The notes: generated by a model not told the origin, from the letters alone. A DNA stretch of 64,000 nt from an uncultured Bacilli bacterium (GCA_947629445.1 CANRDU010000001.1:68642-132641), one strand, 5' to 3'. Positions 8,793 through 18,478 are shown, numbered from the stretch's first letter. Numbers and translations: made by a program.

Positions 8793-11700
8793 TTATTTTC
8801 TACGAATACCCTTTCTAATACCCCAAATAAACTCTAAACTAATTAATAAGCAAGCTGTTACAACAATGCCAATAAGCGCTAATAAATCTTCGTTTTTCAT
8901 AGCCTCTTCGGCTTTCTTTTTCTTTTCAAGTTGCTCTTTGCTTAACTCAGTAGTATTGCTGCTTACTACAGAATTAGAATTATCCTCTTGCTGATAATTA
9001 GAATCATTATTATCATTATCAACTACGGAATTACTATTAGTATTTATATTACTATCGGTATTACTGTTCGTATTCGTATTACTGTTGCTATGCGTATTGC
9101 TATTTGTACTAGTATTACTGTTTGTCTTAGTATTACTGTTAGTTTTAGTGTTACTATTCGTTTTGGTATTACTGCTACTATGTGCATTGCTATTTGTTTT
9201 AAAATTACTGCTGCTATGTGTATTACTATTTGTACTCGTATTACTATTGGTCTTAGTGTTGCTGCTTGTGTTAGTATTAGAATTTTTATCATTCTTATCA
9301 TTAGGATTTGTACTTGATGAGGTTCCTCTTATTACTTTAATTGTCATTTCATAGGCCTCATGATTCATATCTCCATTGAAACGAACTGTTAAATAATTAT
9401 CGCCTTCTACTAATGCAATATCTTCATCTTTCCACTGCCATCCACTTGGTAAATGAATATCTCTTAAACTTGTTGTATCTTTTGATATAGTGATTTCTGA
9501 AGATACCATTACAGATGGTTGCTTTGCTTTTTTTACTTCAAAAGTACCTACTAATTCTCCAGTATATATACCAATACCCTTTATAGTAATTTGCTTTTCT
9601 CCTGCATCGTTATTTTCAGGCCAAATGATTTCATAATCAAAATCTTCTACGAGGGTGTGCCCTTCATTATTTTTAACTGTTACACTTGGTCTTTGAATAT
9701 CCCCAGTATAGTATAAATCACTATCCTCTATCGTTACGTCATACCCATGAGTAATGTCTATTGGATCAGATGTAGAATCTACTAAAGAAAGTATAACTAC
9801 AACTTCACTAGTATTGTTATCACTATCCGTTACGATGATAGTTATATAGTATGTTCCTTCTTTTAACCAACTTCCATCCCAATCCGTTTGAATAGATACT
9901 TTCTCACTATTCAGTTCAATTGGACCATCTTCCTCATCGTAAATAGAAATGATATTTTTAAAGTAATCTAAATTCTTAGGTTCTTCTTTGGAAATATCAA
10001 ATTGAAATTTTGTTTGATTTCCTGTTATTTTAATTTCAGGTCTGTTTCCATTATCTTGCGTTACTAAAATCTTCATCTCATAAACTTCATAATTAACCTT
10101 ATCATGATATATAGCAATCGCTTCCACAGTTTTCCCTGCTTTAAGAGAAGTTTTTGGGTTTTGCCATGACCAACCTTCTGGTAATCCCAATACCTCTCCT
10201 AGTGTATCTTGATCAACAGTTGCTTGCATTTTTCGTTCTGGCATAGTATCTGGTCGTTCGGCTTTGGCAATCTTAAAGTTTTTTTCTACTGTTCCTTTAT
10301 AAATACCTAAACCTGTTATTTTGATGATACCTGTTCCAGCATTTACATTATTTTCATAGGTGATGCTATAGTCTTCATCTTTAATTAATTCCCTATCGCC
10401 GTCTTTTACGGTTATAGAAGGTTCATGGGCATGACCATTATAAATATATCCACTAGAAATATAACTAACAGATAAATCCTCCATAGATTTCGTCTTATTT
10501 ACTTTATTTTCATACAAATTAATGATGGCGGCAGAAGCATAATTTCCCCCTTTTGTTTCTAGTCCTGTAAGGCGAATGTAATTTGCTTGTATTGGTGTTT
10601 CAAAGAAATAGGATTTAATAGTATTATCGTTAGCCCATTCAATGTCATTCGCAACTACATTCCAATTTTCACCATCCATACTAGTTTCAATTTTTGCTTT
10701 GGTAATTCTACCATTCGCCGAACCATCCTGTCTTGGCAAATATTCTAACTTAGAAATTTCAGCTCCATCAGTAATTTCAATTTGAATCCATTTTTCATTG
10801 TCAGAGCCATCCCATTTTGTGTGCCATATTGTTCTGTTATGACCATCGATAGCCTTACTAGGATCTTCTCCTCCTTGATTAGAAGAAGCGGTTGCTTTCA
10901 ATCTAGAAATAGGAATATAAGACCTTGTCTCATCATATTCAGCATCTAATTCAAAATTTAAAGATACGGAAGGTCCTGGAAGAGTTACTCCTGTATAAGA
11001 ATTTCTAACAAGAATGGTTTTGTTGCCAGATAAATCTGGTAGTTTTTCTGAGAATTTCGTCCATTTGCTAACATCTTCATTCTCACGGAAAACACTGAAA
11101 GGTGAAGATGTTTGTACTTTCCATTCCATCGTTGATGTTACTCCCATTACCTTATTTTCCCATTCATTGGCATATAAGTTAGTTGGAATACTTGCCTCTT
11201 TTAAATCAATGATAAAACAGTTTTTAATATCATCGCGATCAGATGTTCCCACAATGTGAACAACAATATCATCATCAGCATCTAATTCTTGAATACGATT
11301 ACTTAAATCAATAAAAGTAGAACCACTTGGAACTCTTGTCCAAGTACGTTCACCATTATAGTTAAGACTAAATTCTATTTCTACTGGTGTCGTAGCATAA
11401 GATCCTACCAAACGAAGTTGATTTGGATAATCTCCATCAAAAGAGAAGTCAACAACTTTATCACTTGTTTGACCTAATAAGCTTTTCGCCATATCTCTCG
11501 TTACTCCGGATTGAAGATAAACCCCATCTTTTACTTGGCTCATCTCTGTTAATACAGATTGTTTCGTGTTGAGATATAGCGCACGATTATCTAAAGAAAT
11601 CTCAGCTTCAATAAGTCTTAATAAATCCACCATTGGAAGTGGCCACTCTTTCATGTTTTCCATAATACGAGTAGCTAAAGTATAATAGTCAGATGCTGTT

Positions 11701-13709
11701 TTCGTTTGATCTTCTAAATATGTTTGAATAAGTCCATACCAAGCATCTAAATTATAAGGTTGAATAGTTAAAGCTTCTTCATAGGTATCAATTTTTCTTT
11801 CAATGTCATTTTCCAAAACGTCTGCTAATAACACTCTCATGAATGACTCTTCAAAGTCATCAAAATTATCAAGTGCTCGTTGAATTAAAATGATATAACT
11901 AACATTGTAGTAAGAATGCCATTTATTTGCTTTAGAACCCCAGTTTAAAGGGAATCTCTCCCCTTTTTCAGAAGCTGCCCAACCAGAAGCGGCATTACCA
12001 ATTCCCCAAGTAGTCGTATAAGTTCCATCTTCATTTTTCGTAAATGTTGGAGATAAGTAAGCAGCATGTCCTGGTTGACCAATAACGGCTGTTGGAATTC
12101 CATAAGACGCTAAAAGGTTTGCACCCGTCTTTGATAGTGCACCACATACACCATCTTCTTCCCAAACAATCCATAATCTTGGTTTAGCGGTTGTATTGGT
12201 TCCTACACCAAATTCTTCTAAATGGTACTCATCATTACAACTTGCTCCACGGGTATAGCCTTTCTCATTTTTATTACGGTAATCTGTAGCGCAGTAGTGA
12301 GAGTCTTCTTCATAATATTGTGGATCATAATAATTCCATCCCTGATAATAAGCAATATAAGTATAGGGATTCAAAGAAGAATGGGCTTTCGTACGATTAC
12401 TATATTTCGTCGTTCCCTTTGGATTATGAGCCATTGTCTTATCATCTAATACTGGTTGAGTATTGGTACTATACCAGTTTAGCCATGGAATTTCTTCGTC
12501 ACTAAGTTGATTATCCACTACCCAACGTAATTGCTCAACAGTTAGAGTTTCAAAATAATCTGTTTCAAATTCTACTTTGTTAGCTAATCCATCTAAATAT
12601 AATTGCTTTAATACTTTATACCTCTCAACAGGATCTGAACATACCCTTTCATTATGTTCTCCAGATACCCAAAAGCATACATCACTAGAATGTGTTAAAG
12701 AAATAGCAAGCATCAATCTCAAGTATAAATCACCATGGTCTTTATCTTCTAAATCAGAAGCATATTTGGTATATAAACTAGATAATACATTTAAAGATCT
12801 TACATAAGAACCAACTGGTGTTCCTCCTAATAAATATTCCTTTAAAATTTCATAATCATTAAATAACCATTTTAAAGTGTTAGCTTGATTCTCTTCTCCA
12901 GTAGCATAGGCTTGTAAAATGTTATAACCGATTCTTTTTACCAATGTTCTTTGAAGAAGAATCTGTGTTAATTCCTCACTAGCAAAGATTTCCTTATTCG
13001 TTTTCTTAGATAAAATTTCATCATATTCAGAAGTTGTTTTAATATATTCTACTTTACTACTTTCTTTAGGAGAATAAGTCTCACTATTATATAACATCGC
13101 ATCTGCATAAACCGCATGATCAGATGATTGATCACGGTTATCATATGCATAAAGTTTTAAATAACGATATCCTTGCAAATCGAGAACTACTTTTTCTGCA
13201 TTCATTTCTCCTTTTAAAATTCCGGTTGTTTTAAGTACTGTCCACTCTTGATTATCATTCGATACAGAAATGGTAAATTGTACTCCATTACCACTAGAAC
13301 CTCTACTAGCATCTACTCCCACATAAGCAGAAAAAGTATTAAAAGGAAGTCCCTCTAAGTCATACACAACCGTGCTCGTTGCATGGGCAAAAACACCTTT
13401 TAAAAAGAATGTTTCTTCACCATCTACAATAAGAGAAATTAAGTTTCCTGATTCATTGATATCCTTGCGAAGTGCCCTAGAATCTCTCCAACCACTCGTT
13501 GCAGATAACCATGTTAAATCAGAAAGATAAGCATGTGTAGCACTAGCATCAATAGAGGTAGCATTTATAGAAGCCTCTTCTTTTTTCATAGCGGCATAAA
13601 GACTCGTTGCTACCATTGAAAGTGGCACTTCAAAGTTCATTAAAGTAATGACAAAACTGAGTGTCACCAATAAGATTTTTTCACAAAGTTTGTGAATATT
13701 CTTTCTCAT
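8793..13709 (-). CDS. Large membrane-anchored surface protein: signal peptide, NPCBM/NEW2 domain, unknown Cys/His core, F5/8 type C (CBM32-like) domain, Ig-like repeats, N/S/T linker, C-terminal TM
   Basis: YLSDL.W...KGVFAHA..YVGVD..HAVYADA (NPCBM); ATASS..KAIDG..TIWHT..YLPRQDG (F5/8C); YNG..HEP..NAG repeats; DEEDG Ig-like module; hydrophobic C-terminus with RKGIRRK tail. Confidence 0.85.
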   Translation of the reverse strand: MRKNIHKLCEKILLVTLSFVITLMNFEVPLSMVATSLYAAMKKEEASINATSIDASATHAYLSDLTWLSATSGWRDSRALRKDINESGNLISLIVDGEETFFLKGVFAHATSTVVYDLEGLPFNTFSAYVGVDASRGSSGNGVQFTISVSNDNQEWTVLKTTGILKGEMNAEKVVLDLQGYRYLKLYAYDNRDQSSDHAVYADAMLYNSETYSPKESSKVEYIKTTSEYDEILSKKTNKEIFASEELTQILLQRTLVKRIGYNILQAYATGEENQANTLKWLFNDYEILKEYLLGGTPVGSYVRSLNVLSSLYTKYASDLEDKDHGDLYLRLMLAISLTHSSDVCFWVSGEHNERVCSDPVERYKVLKQLYLDGLANKVEFETDYFETLTVEQLRWVVDNQLSDEEIPWLNWYSTNTQPVLDDKTMAHNPKGTTKYSNRTKAHSSLNPYTYIAYYQGWNYYDPQYYEEDSHYCATDYRNKNEKGYTRGASCNDEYHLEEFGVGTNTTAKPRLWIVWEEDGVCGALSKTGANLLASYGIPTAVIGQPGHAAYLSPTFTKNEDGTYTTTWGIGNAASGWAASEKGERFPLNWGSKANKWHSYYNVSYIILIQRALDNFDDFEESFMRVLLADVLENDIERKIDTYEEALTIQPYNLDAWYGLIQTYLEDQTKTASDYYTLATRIMENMKEWPLPMVDLLRLIEAEISLDNRALYLNTKQSVLTEMSQVKDGVYLQSGVTRDMAKSLLGQTSDKVVDFSFDGDYPNQLRLVGSYATTPVEIEFSLNYNGERTWTRVPSGSTFIDLSNRIQELDADDDIVVHIVGTSDRDDIKNCFIIDLKEASIPTNLYANEWENKVMGVTSTMEWKVQTSSPFSVFRENEDVSKWTKFSEKLPDLSGNKTILVRNSYTGVTLPGPSVSLNFELDAEYDETRSYIPISRLKATASSNQGGEDPSKAIDGHNRTIWHTKWDGSDNEKWIQIEITDGAEISKLEYLPRQDGSANGRITKAKIETSMDGENWNVVANDIEWANDNTIKSYFFETPIQANYIRLTGLETKGGNYASAAIINLYENKVNKTKSMEDLSVSYISSGYIYNGHAHEPSITVKDGDRELIKDEDYSITYENNVNAGTGIIKITGLGIYKGTVEKNFKIAKAERPDTMPERKMQATVDQDTLGEVLGLPEGWSWQNPKTSLKAGKTVEAIAIYHDKVNYEVYEMKILVTQDNGNRPEIKITGNQTKFQFDISKEEPKNLDYFKNIISIYDEEDGPIELNSEKVSIQTDWDGSWLKEGTYYITIIVTDSDNNTSEVVVILSLVDSTSDPIDITHGYDVTIEDSDLYYTGDIQRPSVTVKNNEGHTLVEDFDYEIIWPENNDAGEKQITIKGIGIYTGELVGTFEVKKAKQPSVMVSSEITISKDTTSLRDIHLPSGWQWKDEDIALVEGDNYLTVRFNGDMNHEAYEMTIKVIRGTSSSTNPNDKNDKNSNTNTSSNTKTNSNTSTNSNTHSSSNFKTNSNAHSSSNTKTNSNTKTNSNTKTNSNTSTNSNTHSNSNTNTNSNTDSNINTNSNSVVDNDNNDSNYQQEDNSNSVVSSNTTELSKEQLEKKKKAEEAMKNEDLLALIGIVVTACLLISLEFIWGIRKGIRRK
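9030..9290 (-). repeat. Degenerate 18-bp tandem repeat encoding the NTKTNS/NTHSSS hexapeptide linker
   Basis: Periodic gtattactgttt/gtattactattt units within the CDS. Confidence 0.8.
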
Positions 13710-13824
13710 ATTATTTACTCCTCCCCATTCTTTTCAATCTCTATAAAAACTCCTTTTGGTCGTTTGTACGCCTATTATATCACTTTTTTTGAAATTCTCA
13801 ATATTTTCTAATAAGACTTTGTTA

Positions 13825-13860
13825 AAAACAAAAAACTCGGTGACTAATCACTCGAGTGTT
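13825..13860 (-). terminator. Terminator of the ARH-MazG-like-Nudix operon
   Basis: ACTCGAGTGA-TTAG-TCACCGAGT followed by TTTTTGTTTTT on the minus strand. Confidence 0.65.
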
Positions 13861-13914
13861 ATATTTCTTTTCCATAGAAAACAGTATTTCGATATCTTAT
13901 AAATTACCACAACT

Positions 13915-14382
13915 TTATCTTGTTAAATTTTCAACAAAATGATAAATCTTATCTGGATTCATAATTGCTTGCTTGATTCCGTTCGGATATATTTCATAAG
14001 AGTCTATCTTATCTACATCAATCCAATGAAACTGAATCCAATCTCCCTCAATGCCATGGAATTGTTCACTAGTGATATCCCCTGGGAATATTCCTTGATA
14101 AATCAAATTGATTTGTTGATTAAAGTATCCTTTGTCTTCCACAAATTCTTCGCTGATAGCAAGAAAAGAATAACTCAACCCTTCAAAGCCTAATTCTTCT
14201 TTTATTTCTCTTTTTAATGCCTCTAAACTTTCTTCCTTTTGGTTAACTTTTCCACCAGGTAGCAGAAAAAAATGTCTTCCTTCACAGTTGAATAAAAGCA
14301 CTTTGGTTTTATCTTTATTAAAGATTAGACAAGATACTCGATATAAGAATTGAAAATCATCTTTTATATATTTTATGTCCAT
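13915..14382 (-). CDS. Nudix hydrolase
   Basis: Nudix box GGKVNQKEESLEALKREIKEELG. Confidence 0.9.
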   Translation of the reverse strand: MDIKYIKDDFQFLYRVSCLIFNKDKTKVLLFNCEGRHFFLLPGGKVNQKEESLEALKREIKEELGFEGLSYSFLAISEEFVEDKGYFNQQINLIYQGIFPGDITSEQFHGIEGDWIQFHWIDVDKIDSYEIYPNGIKQAIMNPDKIYHFVENLTR

Positions 14383-14460
14383 ATTTCCCCCTCATCAATT
14401 TTTTTCGATTGACATACTATCCAATACCATACAACAAAATTTTGAATAAAATGGGAACCA

Positions 14461-14784
14461 TTATTTTTTCAATACTTTTTCTAAAAATATTTTCTTTTCA
14501 AAAGTTCCCCTTTTATCCCCTTTTTCTTTGGCAATCGCAATTACTTCCTCTAAAGTTGAATTCTCTAATTGAGCTAAATATCTGATAATTTCTAACATAT
14601 CTGCCAATTCTTCAACTCTATCCCTCCCAGATGCATCCATAACTTCGTGATATTCCTCATTTAATTTTCTTTCTAGTTCTATTTTATATTCTTCATCTGT
14701 TAAAATTCTAGTGATTGGTTCTTCACCATTGGACCTAATAATTTCAGGTATCCTATCTCTTACCAATTTATGATATCTTTGCAT
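14461..14784 (-). CDS. MazG-like/PRA-PH nucleoside triphosphate pyrophosphohydrolase
   Basis: KLVRDRIPEII...KLNEE..E...EELAD...KRG.F signature. Start at MQRY (SD AAGGA). Confidence 0.85.
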   Translation of the reverse strand: MQRYHKLVRDRIPEIIRSNGEEPITRILTDEEYKIELERKLNEEYHEVMDASGRDRVEELADMLEIIRYLAQLENSTLEEVIAIAKEKGDKRGTFEKKIFLEKVLKK

Positions 14785-14866
14785 CTTATGTTTCCTTTCC
14801 TTTATACGAATACATTTCATAAAAACTTATCTATTTCTATTACATTTTGGGATGCATTATTCACAG

Positions 14867-15949
14867 TTATTTTTCTCTTAATGACAAATCTCTATTACAG
14901 TAGGCATATTTACTAAGCCAATACGCATCATTATTCTCATGATATTCTCCAACGGGAACTTTGGTTGCTAAATCACTCGCTAATTCTAATATTTCATCTT
15001 TTAATTCAATATGATCTTTATATTCAGAAGGTATTTTTTCATATCCTAGATATGCTCCCATGATATTACCTGCTATCGCCCCTGTAGAATCAGAATCACC
15101 ATCATGATTTACCGAACAGACAATAGCATCTTTGAAATTATTAGAATATTTCAAGCAAGAATAGATAGCTATCGCAAAAGCCTCTTCGGCAACCCAACCT
15201 TCCCCAAGTTCTGAAATTGCTTCTATATCTTTCTTATTTTCTTCTGATAGTTTTATCGCTTTATTAACTAACCCTACAAAATAATGCTTATTTTCTCTAT
15301 CAAAAATATCAAAATTTTCTTCGTATTGTTTCATGGATTTCTCTAATGCTTCTTTGATAGTTAAATCCGTTCTTGATAAATACCATATTAATGTTGAAAA
15401 TACATAAGATGGAATGATTCCCAGAGGATGTCCATGTGTTATCGCACTCGCTTCTGCTCCAAACTTCCCTGCTATTTTTGAATCTGCCATATATAGACCA
15501 AGGGGTGCCACTCTCATTATTCCTCCACACCCTTTACTATTGTTGATAGGTTTTTCAATGGTTCCCTTAATACCGGAAGATAATGCACTAATACAAGTAT
15601 TTCCTGGAGCACGTGCAACATTTAACTCTTTTAAATTCTTAATCCAAGAAATAGACGAATGATTATCAGTATTATTTTGCGTATCTAACCAATCTAAATA
15701 TGCTAGATATATCGCATCTACTGGTAACATGGCGATTCCTCTCATAGCCGCTCTTGTTTCTCTAAATAATAAAGCATTTGCTGTGAATAAAGTCATTTGG
15801 GTATCATCTGATATTATTCCTTTATCACCCCTAAAGGAAGTGATTTCTTTATCCTTTATCCCTCTTTTAAATTCTATTTGATAGCCTAGGGCATCTCCAA
15901 TAGCGCCCCCAATTAATGATCCACAAATTTTATCTTTTTTATGATTCAT
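14867..15949 (-). CDS. ADP-ribosylglycohydrolase (DraG/ARH family)
   Basis: GAIGDALG, SDDTQMT, GCGGIMR, THGHP and NHDGDSDSTGAIAG motifs. Confidence 0.93.
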   Translation of the reverse strand: MNHKKDKICGSLIGGAIGDALGYQIEFKRGIKDKEITSFRGDKGIISDDTQMTLFTANALLFRETRAAMRGIAMLPVDAIYLAYLDWLDTQNNTDNHSSISWIKNLKELNVARAPGNTCISALSSGIKGTIEKPINNSKGCGGIMRVAPLGLYMADSKIAGKFGAEASAITHGHPLGIIPSYVFSTLIWYLSRTDLTIKEALEKSMKQYEENFDIFDRENKHYFVGLVNKAIKLSEENKKDIEAISELGEGWVAEEAFAIAIYSCLKYSNNFKDAIVCSVNHDGDSDSTGAIAGNIMGAYLGYEKIPSEYKDHIELKDEILELASDLATKVPVGEYHENNDAYWLSKYAYCNRDLSLREK

Positions 15950-16337
15950 ATAAGTACCTACTTTCTCTATCTTTCTCTTAAAACATCTAACTATATCATT
16001 ATTTTAAATTCTTACTAATTACCCATGATAAATAATTATTTTCATTATCTAAAGTATATGGATAATCGAGTAAGGGTTTAAAACCTTTTATTTTTTCTAT
16101 GGTCTCTTTAGAATATTACTATTTAGATAATAAAAACATCTGATTTCAACAATCGTTGATTTCAGATGCAATCCATAAGGGATAACATCTGATTCCACCA
16201 ATCAAATGTATCCTTTTTTATTTTATGCAAGTCTCCTTGACACATTCATCATAACATAAAAACGACTTTTTGACAAGTCGCCTTTATGATACAATTCCAT
16301 AATCATTAAACTATCTAACTTTTGGAATTTCATTCAT

Positions 16338-16725
16338 CTAATTTTTTTTAAGATTGTCTACTTTGCGTTTTTTATATTTCAAATAATAAGAACAAAACAC
16401 TACCACCAATAAACATAAATAAGTAAGTCAACATGAAATCACCTGTATCAGGAACTTGCACATCTTCGTTTCCCACAAGGTTTCCTTCTGCTGTAGCAAT
16501 TACAAATGGTGATAAACTATTGACAGTAATTTCTACTTTACCATCTTTTACTTCTTTTGTAAATTCTTCATAGCCTGTATCTTTTTTATGTAATACTACT
16601 ACTTTTTTACCATTATATTCATTACCAACGGTAAAATATAATTTTACTCCTTTAGCGGGAAATCCAGCAAAGAAAAAAAATCCGTAGAAAACAGACTTTC
16701 ATCTAAAGCATTACTAAATAAAGTT
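16338..16725 (-). pseudogene. Decayed C-terminal fragment of a sortase-anchored surface protein
   Basis: Hand translation ...TVNSLSPFVIA...VQVPDTGD (VPDTG at 16441-16455), then a hydrophobic stretch. The basic tail KYKKRK is in another frame, there is a frameshift at a poly-T run, and no start codon. Confidence 0.65.
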
Positions 16726-16811
16726 GTTAATTAAACTATACTTTTATCAAGGCTACTACTTATAACAGAAAACTTAGTATCTATTTGATACAATAATCCT
16801 TGGTTTTATCA

Positions 16812-17957
16812 TCAATTACCAGTAGAATGGTTTCTGCTTTTTTCTAGTTTTCTTTGTAATCTTAATTGCTTTACTTCTTCTTTTTTTACTTCATCTGTAT
16901 CAATTTGACTAGCTAATGCATTGACCATTCTTTGATGTAATTCAGTTTCTTCAGGAGTATATTTCGTAACGCAATCATGATGAACAGATTGAATTAATTT
17001 TTGCATTGACACTGTATCTATCTTTTCCTTTTTGCTTGCTCGAAAAAAATATCCAACATAGCATATTAAATTTTTAGATCCACCAGCTTTTATATATTCA
17101 TTTATAAATTGTCTTAAGCCTGGATCTGAATAATCTACACCATATATCATTGGAATATCTATATTTCTTTCAAATTCTTTAGCAAATAAGAATGCCCTAC
17201 GAGGACCAATTCTATTTCCACCTCTTTCAATTATTCTATACATAACACAATTAAGTATTCCTTCTTTTTGGTAAGCCCATTTTTTCGCATGATTAATTGT
17301 TGCTTCTAACTCATTATCACTTGGTAAAACAATTCCATTTTCCTTTAATAATTGAACTACATCTTCAATATGCATTCCTTCTAGATTTTTATCTTTTACT
17401 TTAAAATGCGTATAGGCATCCAATCCTTCTGACTCTTGAACAATTCCATCGGAAGTCAAATGTAAATGTGCACTGCTACCATCAAGTTCAACATATACTA
17501 AATGGCTATATCTTGGCTTTTGAAACAAACTTCTTTCTTCCCAAGGTAACGAGTTAATAAATGTTTTCGCATTATAAAATTCATCCCAATCTAAAACTCT
17601 TACATCGGAATCTTCGTCCAATTGTTCATTTATATATCCATTGCTATTAAACATAACATCATCAATTTTAATATTTTCTTGACTAGAAGTAGGCATTAGT
17701 CTATTTATTTCATAATCTGGATATCTTAATTCATACCAAACTGCCATTTTTTCAATGAGATTTCTCATTTCCATCGGTTGATGATATTCTCCGATATCTG
17801 TGTAATGCCCTTTCACCATATTTTCAAAATACCAATCTATAAACTCATTTACTTTATCATCTAAAGCAATAGGAACTATTTTACTTTGTTCTTGTCCTTT
17901 TCTTAATAAGTTTATATGCATGAATTTCCAATTAATTTTTTTCTTCGGTAATAGCAT
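16812..17957 (-). CDS. Hypothetical protein
   Basis: Long ORF; start moved to MLLPKK after SD GGAGG. Confidence 0.75.
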   Translation of the reverse strand: MLLPKKKINWKFMHINLLRKGQEQSKIVPIALDDKVNEFIDWYFENMVKGHYTDIGEYHQPMEMRNLIEKMAVWYELRYPDYEINRLMPTSSQENIKIDDVMFNSNGYINEQLDEDSDVRVLDWDEFYNAKTFINSLPWEERSLFQKPRYSHLVYVELDGSSAHLHLTSDGIVQESEGLDAYTHFKVKDKNLEGMHIEDVVQLLKENGIVLPSDNELEATINHAKKWAYQKEGILNCVMYRIIERGGNRIGPRRAFLFAKEFERNIDIPMIYGVDYSDPGLRQFINEYIKAGGSKNLICYVGYFFRASKKEKIDTVSMQKLIQSVHHDCVTKYTPEETELHQRMVNALASQIDTDEVKKEEVKQLRLQRKLEKSRNHSTGN

Positions 17958-18120
17958 ATAACAAAACCTCCATTTGTAAGAATATTTTACCATATTTCTT
18001 TAAGAAATTTTCATAGTTTACTAATTAATAAAATACACACGCATATGCTTATCTATATGCAGTGTGTTTCCTAAATTACCATAATCCATTCCAATTACGT
18101 AGTATTTATATCCTAATTTT

Positions 18121-18164
18121 AAAACTCGAACTAGAAAAGTCCGAGTTTGGTATCTATCTGGTGC
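18121..18164. repeat. 44-bp direct repeat, copy 2 (tRNA 3' end plus terminator hairpin)
   Basis: 39/44 identical to 8248-8291. Confidence 0.85.
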
Positions 18165-18232
18165 CGCAAGCAAGAATCGGACTTGCATTAAAGCCTTACC
18201 ATGGCCTCGTAATACCACTATACTATTGCGGC
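18159..18232 (-). tRNA. tRNA-Thr(GGT)
   Basis: Acceptor GCCGCAA/TTGCGGC, anticodon arm AGGCC-AT-GGT-AA-GGCTT, CCA end; T-loop reads TCCGATT. Confidence 0.88.
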
Positions 18233-18233
18233 A

Positions 18234-18307
18234 TGGTGCCGGATGTAGGAATCGGACCTACAGCTAATCATTACGAGTGACTTGTTTTACCATTAAACTA
18301 AACCGGC
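18234..18307 (-). tRNA. tRNA-Thr(CGT)
   Basis: Acceptor GCCGGTT/ATCCGGC, anticodon arm AGTCA-CT-CGT-AA-TGATT, CCA end; T-loop reads TCCGATT. Confidence 0.88.
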
Positions 18308-18393
18308 AACAACTTCATTTTATCATAAAAAAAGTATGCTGTAAACTTTTTTCATGAAATTATTTTGGATTTAAATTTTTTTCTAGAAACGTA

Positions 18394-18465
18394 TTTACAA
18401 CACATATTATAGAGTGCTATAATGAAAGAGAGCCTAGGAGGAGTTCTCCTAGATTTTTTGTTTTT
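18394..18465 (+). promoter_or_regulatory. pyrG promoter and leader terminator
   Basis: TTTACA-18-TATAAT (18394-18423), then hairpin CTAGGAG-GAGTT-CTCCTAG plus ATTTTTTGTTTTT before the RBS. Confidence 0.65.
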
Positions 18466-18478
18466 ATGGGAGGTTATT

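Noticed and set aside
9030-9290. Possible CRISPR array (also checked 39590-39900)
   Set aside because: Coding tandem repeats without unique spacers; no cas genes in the window.
8776-9354. Overlapping ORFs 8776-8994, 8988-9317, 9044-9301 and 9085-9354 with hydrophobic periodic sequence
   Set aside because: Alternate-frame products of the 18-bp N/S/T linker repeat of the surface protein; no RBS support.
16130-16200. CATCTGA inverted and direct repeats as a MITE end
   Set aside because: Short, with no partner terminus or target-site duplication; more likely a terminator.
18021-18280. ORFs over the tRNA-Thr pair
   Set aside because: Explained by the tRNA genes.
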